The translations under genes and the position numbers were made by a program. 64,000 bases of DNA from Pseudomonadota bacterium (GTDB lineage: Bacteria > Pseudomonadota > Gammaproteobacteria > Pseudomonadales > Azotimanducaceae): contig JBCDIK010000001.1 in assembly GCA_038749065.1 (NCBI GenBank), forward strand, positions 9,506-73,505. Reading direction: 5' to 3'. Under the pieces are notes generated by a model. The model was not told the DNA's origin. It saw only the letters and a list, made by a program, of their open reading frames with translations, and did no database searches. Positions 1 through 8,955 of this stretch are shown here, in pieces (position 1 is the first letter of the stretch; the number at the start of each line of letters is the position of its first letter).

Positions 1-367
1 GTGCCTGGCAGACAATACCAAGGTCATGGGCATGGGCCACCGCGAGTACCGGGTGCTGGATCCCCGCGCGCGCTACGCGAAGGCGCTGGCAGAGTCCGTC
101 AGCCGTGGCACGCCGCACAGCAAGACCTTCGAGACGCTGGCCGCCATCGAGGCGCACTTCGAAGCGCGCATGGCAGCCCAGGGCAAAGCGCTGCACGCCA
201 ACATCGAGTTCTACAAGGGGCTGATCTTTCGCATGCTCGGTTTACCCCCGGCGTACTTCACGGCTCTGTTCGCGATGGCGCGGCTCTTCGGCTACGTGGC
301 CCATGTGCTGGAGAGCCGTTTTGACAACCGGCTGATCCGCCCTGCGGCGCGCTACATCGGCCCTTAA
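1..367 (+). CDS. citrate synthase family protein, C-terminal fragment (5' end outside window)
   Basis: Translation GHREYRVLDPRA...NIEFYKG...FAMARLFGYVAHVLE matches the conserved C-terminal catalytic region of citrate/2-methylcitrate synthases. The ORF is open to the window edge. Confidence 0.8.
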   Translation, partial: CLADNTKVMGMGHREYRVLDPRARYAKALAESVSRGTPHSKTFETLAAIEAHFEARMAAQGKALHANIEFYKGLIFRMLGLPPAYFTALFAMARLFGYVAHVLESRFDNRLIRPAARYIGP

Positions 368-424
368 GACGCATGCCACACCGGCCGCCTCGCAGGCGGT
401 CGGGCGACAGTGCAGAAACGGAAG

Positions 425-871
425 CTACTCGGGTGTGAAGCGGCAGCGGAGCCGCGGCGGAGTGGCCAGGAAGCCTTGCGCCATCAGGAAGCGATCCAGC
501 GGACCGCTATCCGCATCCAGCCACTCCCCGCCCTTGGACTCGGCGATACCCAGCGCGTGTCGGAGTAACCAGCGCCCAAGCCCGCGCCGACGCTCCGTTG
601 GGACCACCAGCAGATAGCACAGCTCGAAGCCGAGGGGATCCGTGCCCTCAAGCGCCCGCATGACGTAGACCCCGACGATGTCATCGGCACGCTTGGCCAC
701 TCGCAGAAAGTGCAGGGGCGCGTCATCCAGGCAAGCGCGAATGATCTCGTCAAACTCTGCCCGCGCCGATGGGTACTCATCGAACAGGTGCCAGGGCGTC
801 ACGTCGGCGTAGGGCCGCAGCAGAGTCAGCTCATTCAAGTAGGCCCAGCTCGGGCGTAGCGCACCTGCCAT
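425..871 (-). CDS. GNAT family N-acetyltransferase
   Basis: 148 aa. The acetyl-CoA binding motif A-like segment is VVPTERRRGLGRWLLRHALGIAESKG. It lies 3 nt downstream of the DUF427 gene on the same strand. Confidence 0.65.
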   Translation of the reverse strand: MAGALRPSWAYLNELTLLRPYADVTPWHLFDEYPSARAEFDEIIRACLDDAPLHFLRVAKRADDIVGVYVMRALEGTDPLGFELCYLLVVPTERRRGLGRWLLRHALGIAESKGGEWLDADSGPLDRFLMAQGFLATPPRLRCRFTPE

Positions 872-874
872 GGC

Positions 875-1468
875 CTACCAGCCGCCGCTGCCCGCCGCAC
901 CCTTGATGGGCCCGGCCAAATCATCGGTGACCCAGCCCCCGTAGTAGCCACCGGGCTGGGCGCGCACGCGCTCCTGCGCGAGATAGCAGGCCAGGTACTG
1001 CGGATAGAACGCATACCAGCCGTAGATGGACTCGAACTCCGGGTACACGGCCAGATAGCGCCAGGCGACCGCCTGTGCGGCGGGGATGTTCGCCTGCGCC
1101 GCGAGCGCGGGCGCCAGCGCGTACGACACCGCGAGGCCCTTCCACTCGCAGTGAGAGCGACCGTCGGTCGCAACGAGCGCCGACTCATCGACGCTCTCCG
1201 GCGCAAAGTAGACCGTTGGCGCGGAGGCGGTCTCCATCACCTCCACAGCGGCGTCGCTGCGGGCAATGACCGCTGCCCCATCAGCCTCATGCAGGCGAAC
1301 GAGTGCTTCGCGCGCCAGCACCGCCTGCGAGGGCGGTCGCGGAAAGTCCCACACGGAGCGCTGGCCCGGCCGCGGCTCTTCGGCGAAGGGTGGACGTTCC
1401 TGGCCACGCAGCGGCCAGGCAGCGCGATGCTCAAGTACCGCCCGGGAAGCGTCAAGGCGTTCCACCAT
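875..1468 (-). CDS. DUF427 domain-containing protein
   Basis: Motifs VMETASAPTVYFAPESV and HCEWKGLA resemble the DUF427 signature (ET..P..Y.P..D ... C.(Y/W)KG.A). It overlaps the stop of the upstream transsulfuration gene by 1 nt. Confidence 0.55.
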   Translation of the reverse strand: MVERLDASRAVLEHRAAWPLRGQERPPFAEEPRPGQRSVWDFPRPPSQAVLAREALVRLHEADGAAVIARSDAAVEVMETASAPTVYFAPESVDESALVATDGRSHCEWKGLAVSYALAPALAAQANIPAAQAVAWRYLAVYPEFESIYGWYAFYPQYLACYLAQERVRAQPGGYYGGWVTDDLAGPIKGAAGSGGW

Positions 1469-2631
1469 CAGGCCCGCGCCAGCGCCTGGTCGACATCGCG
1501 CTGCAGATCGGCCACCGACTCGATACCCACGCTCAGCCGGATCAGCCCGTCATCGATGCCCAGCTGGGCGCGAATGTCCGCCGGGATGCTTGCATGGGTC
1601 ATGATCGCCGGATGTTCGATGAGCGACTCGACACCGCCCAGGCTCTCGGCCAGGGTAAAGATGCGGACGTTTTCCAGAAAGGCCCGCGCCGCCGGCAACC
1701 CGCCCTTGATGGAGAATGACAGCATGCCGCCCGGCCCTTTCATCTGCTTCTGCGCGAGCTCAAAGTCTGGATGACTGGGCAAGCCCGGGTAGACGACTCG
1801 CTCCACCTTCGGGTGGTCCTCCAGCTGCTGCGCCAGTACCCGGGCGTTGCTCTGGTGCGCTTCCATACGAACCGCCAGCGTTTTCAGGCTACGCATGCAC
1901 AGGAACGCATCAAAGGTGCTCTGGATACTGCCCATGGAGTTGGACAGAAAAGCGAGGCGCTCCGCCAGAGCTTCGTTGTCGGTCACGACCACCCCGCCCA
2001 CCAGATCGCTGTGCCCGTTAATAAACTTCGTCGAGGAATGCAGCACCAGATCCGCGCCCTGAGTAATCGGGTTCTGCAGGTACGGGCTCATGAAGGTGTT
2101 GTCGACCATGACCAGCGCTTCGTGAGCATGAGCGACTTCGCTCAAGGCCTGCACGTCGATGAGCTTCAGCAGGGGGTTGGTCGGCGACTCCATCCACACC
2201 AGCTTGGTGTTGGCCTGCATCGCCTGGGAGAGATTCTGCGGGTTAGCGAGGTCCACATAGCTGAAGTCGATCCCGTTCTCCTTGATCACCCGCTCGAACA
2301 GGCGATAAGTGCCCCCGTACATATCGTCGCAGCACACCACATGATCACCCGCCTTGAGGAGGTGCATGACCGTGGTCGCGCCCGCGCAGCCGGACGCAAA
2401 GGCAAATCCGAAGCGCGCCTGCTCCAGATTCGCGACGCAGGTTTCATAGGCGCGACGGGTGGGGTTGTGGGTGCGGCTGTATTCGTAGCCCTTGTGCACG
2501 CCCGGTGAGGACTGCGCAAAGGTCGAGGTCAGGTATAGCGGTGGGATAACCGCCCCGGTCGCCTCATCCGGCGGCTGCCCCGCGTGAATCGCCCGGGTCT
2601 CGAAGCCATAGTCGTCAGCGGACCAATCCAT
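1468..2631 (-). CDS. Cys/Met metabolism PLP-dependent enzyme (cystathionine gamma-synthase / beta-lyase family)
   Basis: 387 aa. N-terminus reads FETRAIHAGQ and NPTRRAYE. The PLP-lysine motif is HSSTKFINGHSD. The family-typical C-terminus is ESLGGVESLIEHPAIMTHASIP. Confidence 0.88.
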   Translation of the reverse strand: MDWSADDYGFETRAIHAGQPPDEATGAVIPPLYLTSTFAQSSPGVHKGYEYSRTHNPTRRAYETCVANLEQARFGFAFASGCAGATTVMHLLKAGDHVVCCDDMYGGTYRLFERVIKENGIDFSYVDLANPQNLSQAMQANTKLVWMESPTNPLLKLIDVQALSEVAHAHEALVMVDNTFMSPYLQNPITQGADLVLHSSTKFINGHSDLVGGVVVTDNEALAERLAFLSNSMGSIQSTFDAFLCMRSLKTLAVRMEAHQSNARVLAQQLEDHPKVERVVYPGLPSHPDFELAQKQMKGPGGMLSFSIKGGLPAARAFLENVRIFTLAESLGGVESLIEHPAIMTHASIPADIRAQLGIDDGLIRLSVGIESVADLQRDVDQALARA

Positions 2632-2685
2632 TTGCTACCGTACCTTGCAATGCCTGGGGCCGGCACAGTAGCGAGGGAGCAACCC

Positions 2686-3567
2686 ATGAATCAACCGTCG
2701 GACGAAGCGATTCCCACAGCGCCGGCCGGCCTTGCCAGCACCGACCCACTGCGCACCTTCGCCCCAGATCTGTTTCGAGGCAAAACCGTGCTCGTCACCG
2801 GCGGCGGCCGGGGCATCGGTCGGGCCATCGCCCTGGGATTCGCGCGGTTCGGCGCGCAGGTCGTCATCGCCGCCCGCAACGAAGAAAACCTCGCGCGCAC
2901 GGCGGCGGACATCGAAGCGCTCGGCGCGACATGCCTGGCCGTCCCCGTGAACATCCGCGAGCCCGACAGCGTCGATGCCCTGAAAGCGCAGGCACTGGCA
3001 CGCTTCGACAACATCGACGTCCTGATCAACAACGCCGGCGGGCAGTTCCCGGCTCGCCCGGGCGACATCAGCGACAACGGCTGGCGGGCGGTCGTCGACC
3101 TGAACCTGAACGGCACCTGGAACCTGTGCCAGCGAATCGGTAGCCACATGGTGGAACGGGGCACAGGCAGCATCGTCAACATCGTGCACATCTATTCCTT
3201 CGAGCGCGGCGCGCCGCACTTCCCGCACTCCGGTGCCGCCCGCGCCGGGGTCGTCAGCCTGACCCGTTCCCTCGCGTACCACTGGGCACGCCGCGGCGTC
3301 ACGATCAACGCGCTGGCGCCGGGGAGCATCGATACGCAAGGCCTGCGCGAGGAGGAATTCGCCGCAGCGGAACGCAGCGACTACGAGAGCGCGACGTTGA
3401 AGGACATCCCCAGCCACCGGCTCGGCACCACCGACGAGGTCGCCGCCGCCTGCCTGTTTCTGTGCTCACCCGCGGCCCGCTACATCAACGGTGCGGCGCT
3501 CATCGCAGACGGGGGTTACTACCTCGACCAGTGGACGCCCATGCTCGACCCGGAGCAGGCGCCTTAA
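2686..3567 (+). CDS. SDR family oxidoreductase
   Basis: Rossmann motif VLVTGGGRGIGRAIA, NNAG, and an SDR-typical C-terminus (GRLGTTDEVA..FL.S..A.YINGA). I chose the ATG at 2686, preceded by GAGGGAG at 2673-2679, over the longer ORF start at 2584, which would overlap the divergent gene. Confidence 0.85.
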   Translation: MNQPSDEAIPTAPAGLASTDPLRTFAPDLFRGKTVLVTGGGRGIGRAIALGFARFGAQVVIAARNEENLARTAADIEALGATCLAVPVNIREPDSVDALKAQALARFDNIDVLINNAGGQFPARPGDISDNGWRAVVDLNLNGTWNLCQRIGSHMVERGTGSIVNIVHIYSFERGAPHFPHSGAARAGVVSLTRSLAYHWARRGVTINALAPGSIDTQGLREEEFAAAERSDYESATLKDIPSHRLGTTDEVAAACLFLCSPAARYINGAALIADGGYYLDQWTPMLDPEQAP

Positions 3568-3636
3568 GGCCCACGCCTTGAACCTTGCGCGGCAGCGTTG
3601 TCCAATGCGACAGACCTGCTGTTACGGACCCTCGTC

Positions 3637-4326
3637 ATGCGCCTGACCCTGCTGAGCCCGATCCTGCTGACCCTCGCCTGCGTGACCGGTCTGCTGAGCC
3701 CCCTGGCGCAGGCCGCCGGTAGCGGCGGAGGCGGGATTGCACCCGCAGCGTCCGGCAAGCCGAAATCGCCGGAGCAGATCGCCGGCGCCCAGTACCGCTC
3801 CGGACTCAAGGCCAAGGACAAAGCTCTGAAGGCGCTCGCCAAGGCGGAGACGGCCAAGTCGGATCGCGCGCGCGCCAAGCAGGAAAAGCGCGCGGCCAAG
3901 GCCTTCGCCAAGGCCGTCGAGCATCAGAAGAAGGTGCTGCAGGTTGACCCGAGGCACTACAAGGCTGCCAACGAGCTGGGCTACGCGCTGCGCAAGACCG
4001 GGGACTACAAGAGCGCGATCGGCGCCTATAACTATGCCCTGCAGCTCAAGCCCGATTTTCTGGAAGCCATCGAGTACCGGGGCGAAGCGCTCATGAACCT
4101 CGGCTTCTTTGCCGAAGCACGCAAAGCCTATCTCCGCCTGTACCGGGAGGATCAGAGCCTGGCGGCCGAGCTGATGACCGCCATGCGCAAGTGGGTGCAA
4201 GACAAAACCGGTGAGGGCGCGCAGCTTCAGGATGCCGAGCAGGCCTTCGCCGACTGGGTGCGAGAGCGCTCCGGGCTCGCCATGTTCAGCGCGGATCCGA
4301 CCGCGACCGGCCGCGCGCTCTGGTAG
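3637..4326 (+). CDS. TPR repeat lipoprotein (putative)
   Basis: From the ATG at 3637 the N-terminus MRLTLLSPILLTLAC has a positive-hydrophobic-lipobox (LTLAC) layout. The central region is Lys/Ala-rich. The TPR-like segment is YKAANELGYALRKTGDYKSAIGAYNYALQLKPDFLEAIEYRGEALMNLG. Confidence 0.6.
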   Translation: MRLTLLSPILLTLACVTGLLSPLAQAAGSGGGGIAPAASGKPKSPEQIAGAQYRSGLKAKDKALKALAKAETAKSDRARAKQEKRAAKAFAKAVEHQKKVLQVDPRHYKAANELGYALRKTGDYKSAIGAYNYALQLKPDFLEAIEYRGEALMNLGFFAEARKAYLRLYREDQSLAAELMTAMRKWVQDKTGEGAQLQDAEQAFADWVRERSGLAMFSADPTATGRALW

Positions 4327-4332
4327 GCGTCT

Positions 4333-5178
4333 TCAGTCCTGGGACGGCGACCCGGTCAGCAGACTGCCAGCGTCCTCGTAGTTGACCAGCCCCAGCCGCG
4401 CCGCCTTCGGCGGCACGTAGGAGCGAAAGCCGAGCATGCGCTGAGCCCGTTCCGGCAGGCAGCGCGCCGTCGCCAGGCTGGTCGTCAGCTGGTGGTTTTC
4501 TTCCGATCGCAGCCAGCCCAGCACAAACCCGGCATGCAGCCCGACGCGCCACTGGTCCGCCGAGCGATTAGCGCCCCCACCGTGGATGATCTTGCCGTTG
4601 TAGAGCAACGCTGCACCCGCCGGCATGACCGCCTGGCAGGTCTGCTCGGGTTTAACCGGTGGCATGGCGCCGGGCCAGCGATGGCTCCCCGGCGCGAGCA
4701 CCGTGGCACCGTTGTCCGCCGTGAAATCCGTCAGCGCAAAGATCGCCGTCACCGTAACCTCATGATCCGCGCCCACCGCCTCTGGCCAGTTGAGCTCATC
4801 CCGATGCAGGATCTGCGGCGTCTCTGACGGGCCAATGCAGATGAGCTGCCCGGTGTTGAGATAGTAGTTGTCTTCGCCCAGGTAGTGATCGCCCATGGCC
4901 TGATACAGCGGGTCGCAGAGCAGCTCGCCCCAGTGGCGGCTCATCTCGGCCACGCCGGTCAGGCGCTTGGTGGCGGTGCCGTGGAAGGCCTTCCAGAAAT
5001 CATGACCGGTCGCCGCACCAGGCCCGTGCCCGGCAATGTGCGGCAGCACGTCGTCGCGCAGACCGGCCAGCAGCTCGGGCGGGAGAAAGTCATCGACGAT
5101 CACGCCGCCATCTTCATCAATCGCTGCCGCGATGGCGGCGAAGCCGGCGTCACGTCGGAGGTGGGTCAGCTCGGGCAT
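4333..5178 (-). CDS. phytanoyl-CoA dioxygenase (PhyH) family Fe(II)/2-oxoglutarate oxygenase
   Basis: 282 aa from the ATG at 5178. Family-like segments are ILHRDELNWP (His-x-Asp), GATVLAPGSHRW and GKIIHGGGANRS. The 74 upstream codons of the track ORF are Arg/Cys-rich nonsense overlapping the TetR gene. Confidence 0.7.
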   Translation of the reverse strand: MPELTHLRRDAGFAAIAAAIDEDGGVIVDDFLPPELLAGLRDDVLPHIAGHGPGAATGHDFWKAFHGTATKRLTGVAEMSRHWGELLCDPLYQAMGDHYLGEDNYYLNTGQLICIGPSETPQILHRDELNWPEAVGADHEVTVTAIFALTDFTADNGATVLAPGSHRWPGAMPPVKPEQTCQAVMPAGAALLYNGKIIHGGGANRSADQWRVGLHAGFVLGWLRSEENHQLTTSLATARCLPERAQRMLGFRSYVPPKAARLGLVNYEDAGSLLTGSPSQD

Positions 5179-5197
5179 GGGGAATCCTTCAATGGGT

Positions 5198-5812
5198 TCA
5201 TTCGGATGGCAGATAGGCGGAAAGCAGCGCGCCCAGACGGTGCCGCAGTGTGGGGTCGGGCGCTGACCGCGTGAGCTGCGACAGCTCGAACCCGCGCATG
5301 AGATCGAGCACCGATCGCGCGGCCTCCTCCGGTGCACGGGCGCCGGCGCGAGCAAGAGCATCCGCCATCTGCCCAACCATGGACTCGAGCCAGCGCTCAA
5401 GCGTTGCCGCCAGCACCGGGTCGCGGGCTGCGAACAGGGTCATCTCATACTCCGCGCGCAGGTAACTGCGCTCCTGCGCTTCGCGCTCGGCAAAGGCCAC
5501 CAGAAAATCCACCAGCGCCTGCGCGTTGCTGCCGTCCGGTGCGCCAATTTCCGCCTGCAGGCGCTGGACGCGCTCCAGATAGTGATCGAAGGCGGCGCGG
5601 ATCAGATGCGCGCGAGATTCGAAGTAGTAAGTGGTCGAGCCGAGGGGTACTCCCGCGGCAGCGGCCACCTTGCGATGCGTCACGGCATCGACACCGCCTT
5701 CAGCGATCAGCGTCAGCGCTGCCTCGACGATCACCGAACGGCGATCGCCAGGGCGCGAGGCCGGCGGCTGCGCGGACGCGAGGACGTTTTCTTGGGCGCG
5801 GGTCGTCGACAT
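5198..5812 (-). CDS. TetR/AcrR family transcriptional regulator
   Basis: The N-terminal HTH segment is IVEAALTLIAEGGVDAVTHRKVAAAAGVPLGSTTYYFESR. The ATG at 5812 directly abuts palindromic operator 1. The gene lies 19 nt upstream of the PhyH gene on the same strand. Confidence 0.85.
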   Translation of the reverse strand: MSTTRAQENVLASAQPPASRPGDRRSVIVEAALTLIAEGGVDAVTHRKVAAAAGVPLGSTTYYFESRAHLIRAAFDHYLERVQRLQAEIGAPDGSNAQALVDFLVAFAEREAQERSYLRAEYEMTLFAARDPVLAATLERWLESMVGQMADALARAGARAPEEAARSVLDLMRGFELSQLTRSAPDPTLRHRLGALLSAYLPSE

Positions 5813-5849
5813 GTGTACGATCGTACACAACCTTGTACGATCGTACAAG
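5813..5849. promoter_or_regulatory. two tandem perfect palindromes sharing core TGTACGATCGTACA (putative TetR operators in a divergent promoter region)
   Basis: GTGTACGATCGTACAC (5813-5828) and CTTGTACGATCGTACAAG (5832-5849) are each self-complementary when read base by base. They fill the 74-nt gap between the TetR ATG (5812) and the peroxidase ATG (5887). Confidence 0.6.
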
Positions 5850-5886
5850 TCTTGCCGTCGGCCGCCACCCCTCCTAGCGTGGGCGC

Positions 5887-7023
5887 ATGACTCTGCGCAT
5901 CTCCCTGGCCCTGCTGACCCTGCTGTTGTTTCCCAGCGCTGCGGCGACCGAAGGTCGTCACGTGACCGAAGGTCACGCCGCAGCGACCGAAGTTCGCCTC
6001 GTGACCGAAGGTCACGCGGTGACCGCAGGTCACCACGCCGCCGTGACCGAAGGTCGCACCGGGACTGAAGGTCGCACCGGAACCAAAGGTCCCGCCGCCG
6101 AGACCCGCTGTTCGGTATCGGTGCCGCGAGGATTTCTGGAAGTCGACTTAAGCTGGCACACGGGCTGGCCGAAGGCAGCCCCGAAGGTACAGGCAGCGCG
6201 CCGGGAACTCGGTGAGCACCTGTTCAACGACGTGCGCCTCAGCGCCACCGGAAGCGCCAGCTGCGCCACCTGCCACCAGATCGAGGCGCACCTTGCGGAA
6301 CCAAAAGCGCGCTCGACGGGCAGCACCGGCGCTGCACTGGGGTTCAACGCGCCCACGCTCTTCAACAGCGCCCTGAAGCACACCCTGCAGTGGCGGGCCG
6401 GCGGGCCCGCGAAGCTGTCTGAGCAACACCTGCGCCCGCTCACCAGCACAACCCCCGTCGAGCTCGGCTTCGGCACCGCGCAGCTCGCCACACTCAACGC
6501 CGATCTTGAGCTGCGCACGCTGCTGCGCACCGCTGCTCTGCCGTCGTCAGCGGCGGACATGACCCCGGCGGTGGAGTCCTTCACGCTCGACTCCGTCGCG
6601 CGCCTGATCGCCAGCTACGTTGCCACGCTGCGCTGCGCCACCGCGTTCGATGCGCTCCTCTACGCCGATCAGCACACCGCACTCTCGCCGGCGGCACATC
6701 GGGGCCTGGCCCTCTTCACGTCGCCGCGGCTGGGCTGCGCTGGCTGCCACAGTGGCCCGCTGCTCGGCGGCGGGCTGCGCACCGCCACGGTCGAGCTGGC
6801 CGCCACCCGGACGCAGCGCGAGCGACCGACCGGGACGGTCGAACTCGCCACGCCCAGCCTGCGCGGCGTCGCCCACACCGCGCCCTACTATTTCGACGGC
6901 AGCGCCCCGACCCTGGCCGCGGTCATCGATGACTACGAGCAGGGACGCTTCGCCGAGTTGCCAAGGTTCTCCCTGGCAGACGAGGAGCGCAGCGCGCTGA
7001 TCGCGTTCCTTGAGAGCCTGTAA
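5887..7023 (+). CDS. di-haem cytochrome c peroxidase family protein with repeat-containing N-terminal linker
   Basis: Signal-like N-terminus MTLRISLALLTLLLFPSAAA. There are two CXXCH haem motifs (CATCH and CAGCH). The family-typical distal segment is PSLRGVAHTAPYYFDGS. Confidence 0.75.
   Translation: MTLRISLALLTLLLFPSAAATEGRHVTEGHAAATEVRLVTEGHAVTAGHHAAVTEGRTGTEGRTGTKGPAAETRCSVSVPRGFLEVDLSWHTGWPKAAPKVQAARRELGEHLFNDVRLSATGSASCATCHQIEAHLAEPKARSTGSTGAALGFNAPTLFNSALKHTLQWRAGGPAKLSEQHLRPLTSTTPVELGFGTAQLATLNADLELRTLLRTAALPSSAADMTPAVESFTLDSVARLIASYVATLRCATAFDALLYADQHTALSPAAHRGLALFTSPRLGCAGCHSGPLLGGGLRTATVELAATRTQRERPTGTVELATPSLRGVAHTAPYYFDGSAPTLAAVIDDYEQGRFAELPRFSLADEERSALIAFLESL
5941..6095 (+). repeat. 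about 8 tandem 15-21 nt units of consensus GTGACCGAAGGTCAC, each an inverted repeat, encoding (V/A)TEG(H/R) peptide repeats
   Basis: Perfect GTGACC-GAA-GGTCAC occurs at 5962-5976 and 6001-6015. GTGACC-GCA-GGTCAC occurs at 6019-6033. Degenerate copies start at 5944, 6043, about 6063 and about 6081. Confidence 0.75.
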
Positions 7024-7053
7024 ACTGCCAGCGTTCCCGCAACGCCGGAATCG

Positions 7054-8145
7054 ATGGTCGTTCTGCTCAAACGCCTGCTCTTGCTCCTTGGCCTGGCTCT
7101 GATCGTGGCCTACGCCGCCTGGTCCGTGGTACCCGGCAGCGATGTGACAGGGCGCGGCGGTCAGATCGTGGACCTGCACGTCCACGCGGCCGGTATCGGC
7201 GCCGGCGACAGCGGCGCGTTCATCAACGACGCCATGCGCAACAGCTACAAGTTTGGGATCTACCTGCGCGCGATGGGCGTGACGCAGGCGGAACTCGAGG
7301 CCGAGGGGGACCGCGTCCTGCTGCGCAAACTGAGCGAGCGCATTCGAGCGTCGGAGCGCGTGAGCGATGCGGTGATCCTGGCGATGGACGGCGCTCTGCA
7401 GGCCGACGGCACCGTGGATCGCAACCGGACCCAGCTCTATGTACCCAACGACTACCTCGCGGAGGAACTCGCGGCGTACCCGAACCTGCACTTCGGCGCC
7501 AGCATCAACCCCCTGCGCGCGGACGCGCTGGCGCGCCTGGACCAGGTCGCGGCCGATGGCGCCGTACTGGTGAAGTGGATCCCGAACATCATGCACTTCG
7601 ACCCCGCCGATCCGGCGCTGACGCCCTTTTACCGGCGCATGGCCGAGCTCAACCTGCCCCTTCTGAGTCACACGGGCCAGGAACGCAGCTTCGCAGATGC
7701 CGATGATCGCTTCGGTGATCCGCAGCGTCTCGCCCTGCCCCTGTCACTGGGCGTGACCGTGATCGCCGCCCACATCGCCACCACCGGCGCTTCGGATGGG
7801 CAGAGCAACTACGAGCGCATCCTGCCCATGCTGCGTGAGTACCCCAACCTGTACGTCGATATCTCGAGCCTGACCCAAATCAACAAGCGCAACTACCTGG
7901 CTGCCGCTCTCAGGGAAGCGGGCCTGCACCAGCGCATGGTGTACGGCAGCGACTGGCCGCTGCAGTTCTTTCCTCTGGTCTCGCCACTGTTCCACCTGAA
8001 TCACATCAAGCTGGCGGATGCCAAAGCCGTGCAGGCCGCCCGCAGCCAGTGGGACCGGGACGTCATCTTGAAAGAGCAGATGGGCGTACCCGCCACGGTA
8101 TTCGCCCGCACGGCCGAGCTACTGAAGATCGCGCCAACGCCGTAA
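7054..8145 (+). CDS. amidohydrolase family (TIM-barrel metal-dependent hydrolase), N-terminally membrane-anchored
   Basis: Hydrophobic N-terminus LLLLLGLALIVAYAAW. VDLHVHAAG is a metal-binding HxH-type motif near the N-terminus. Later segments are LLSHTGQE, IAAHIATTG and VYGSDWP. Confidence 0.6.
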   Translation: MVVLLKRLLLLLGLALIVAYAAWSVVPGSDVTGRGGQIVDLHVHAAGIGAGDSGAFINDAMRNSYKFGIYLRAMGVTQAELEAEGDRVLLRKLSERIRASERVSDAVILAMDGALQADGTVDRNRTQLYVPNDYLAEELAAYPNLHFGASINPLRADALARLDQVAADGAVLVKWIPNIMHFDPADPALTPFYRRMAELNLPLLSHTGQERSFADADDRFGDPQRLALPLSLGVTVIAAHIATTGASDGQSNYERILPMLREYPNLYVDISSLTQINKRNYLAAALREAGLHQRMVYGSDWPLQFFPLVSPLFHLNHIKLADAKAVQAARSQWDRDVILKEQMGVPATVFARTAELLKIAPTP

Positions 8146-8182
8146 ACTGTTGCCCAGTTCATCTGGAAACGAGGGAGCCCCC

Positions 8183-8947
8183 ATGGTCGTCGAGTTCGAA
8201 ACCCAAGACCGCATCGCCATCATCACCTTAAACCGCCCCGATGCCCGCAACGCCGTGAACGGCGACGTGGCTGCGGGCATGGAAGCCGCGCTGGATCGCT
8301 TCGAGGAGGATCCGGAACTATGGGTGGCCATCCTCAAGGGCAACGGCCCGACGTTCTGCGCCGGTGCGGATCTCAAGGAAATCGCCGCCGGCAACGGTGC
8401 CGCGCTATCCACCAAAAAGGGCGGCTTCGCCGGGCTGGTGCAGCGCGAGCGCAGCAAGCCACTCATTGCCGCGATCACCGGCGGCGCCCTGGCCGGCGGC
8501 ACCGAAGTGGCCCTGTCCTGCGACCTGATCGTGTGCTCGGAAGAGACCGTCTTCGGCCTGCCGGAGGTCAAGCGCTCCCTGGTCGCTGCGGCCGGTGGCC
8601 TGTTCCGCCTGCCGCGAGCAATCGGTAAAGCGGCTGCGCTCGAGTGCATCATGACCGGCGACCCGCTGCCGTCGGAGCGCGCCTACCAGCTCGGCATGGT
8701 CAACAAGGTCGTGCCAACGGATCAGGTGATTGCCGAAGCCCACGCCCTGGCAGACCGCATCATGGCCAACGCGCCGTTAGCCGTGCAGGCCAGCCGCGCC
8801 GTGGCCGTCAACGCCCTCGTCGACGATGACGAGGCCCTGTGGGCCGCCAGCGGCAAGGCCATGGCCAAGATCTTTGGCACGGAAGACTTCAAGGAGGGGC
8901 CGAAGGCCTTCATCGAGAAGCGCGCGCCGAAGTGGCAGGGTAAGTAG
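8183..8947 (+). CDS. enoyl-CoA hydratase/isomerase (crotonase) family protein
   Basis: IAIITLNRPDARNAV, FCAGADLKE and PLIAAITGGALAGGTEVALSCDLIV are classic crotonase oxyanion-hole segments. The ATG at 8183 is preceded by GAGGGAG. Confidence 0.87.
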   Translation: MVVEFETQDRIAIITLNRPDARNAVNGDVAAGMEAALDRFEEDPELWVAILKGNGPTFCAGADLKEIAAGNGAALSTKKGGFAGLVQRERSKPLIAAITGGALAGGTEVALSCDLIVCSEETVFGLPEVKRSLVAAAGGLFRLPRAIGKAAALECIMTGDPLPSERAYQLGMVNKVVPTDQVIAEAHALADRIMANAPLAVQASRAVAVNALVDDDEALWAASGKAMAKIFGTEDFKEGPKAFIEKRAPKWQGK

Positions 8948-8955
8948 GCACCACC

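Noticed and set aside
5179-5400. N-terminal extensions of track ORFs (PhyH to 5400, ogt to 25437, TauD to 13093, pilM to 56769, iorB to 46798, SDR from 2584, MBL from 29709, GNAT from 36802)
   Set aside because: The extensions overlap neighbouring genes, are compositionally aberrant (Arg/Cys/Pro-rich) and precede internal starts. Those internal starts give family-typical N-termini, often with a Shine-Dalgarno sequence.
5941-6095. Possible CRISPR array, given the short palindromic repeats
   Set aside because: The units are contiguous with no unique spacers. They are only 15-21 nt long and stay in frame within an ORF that has a signal peptide upstream and haem motifs downstream. No cas genes are in the window.
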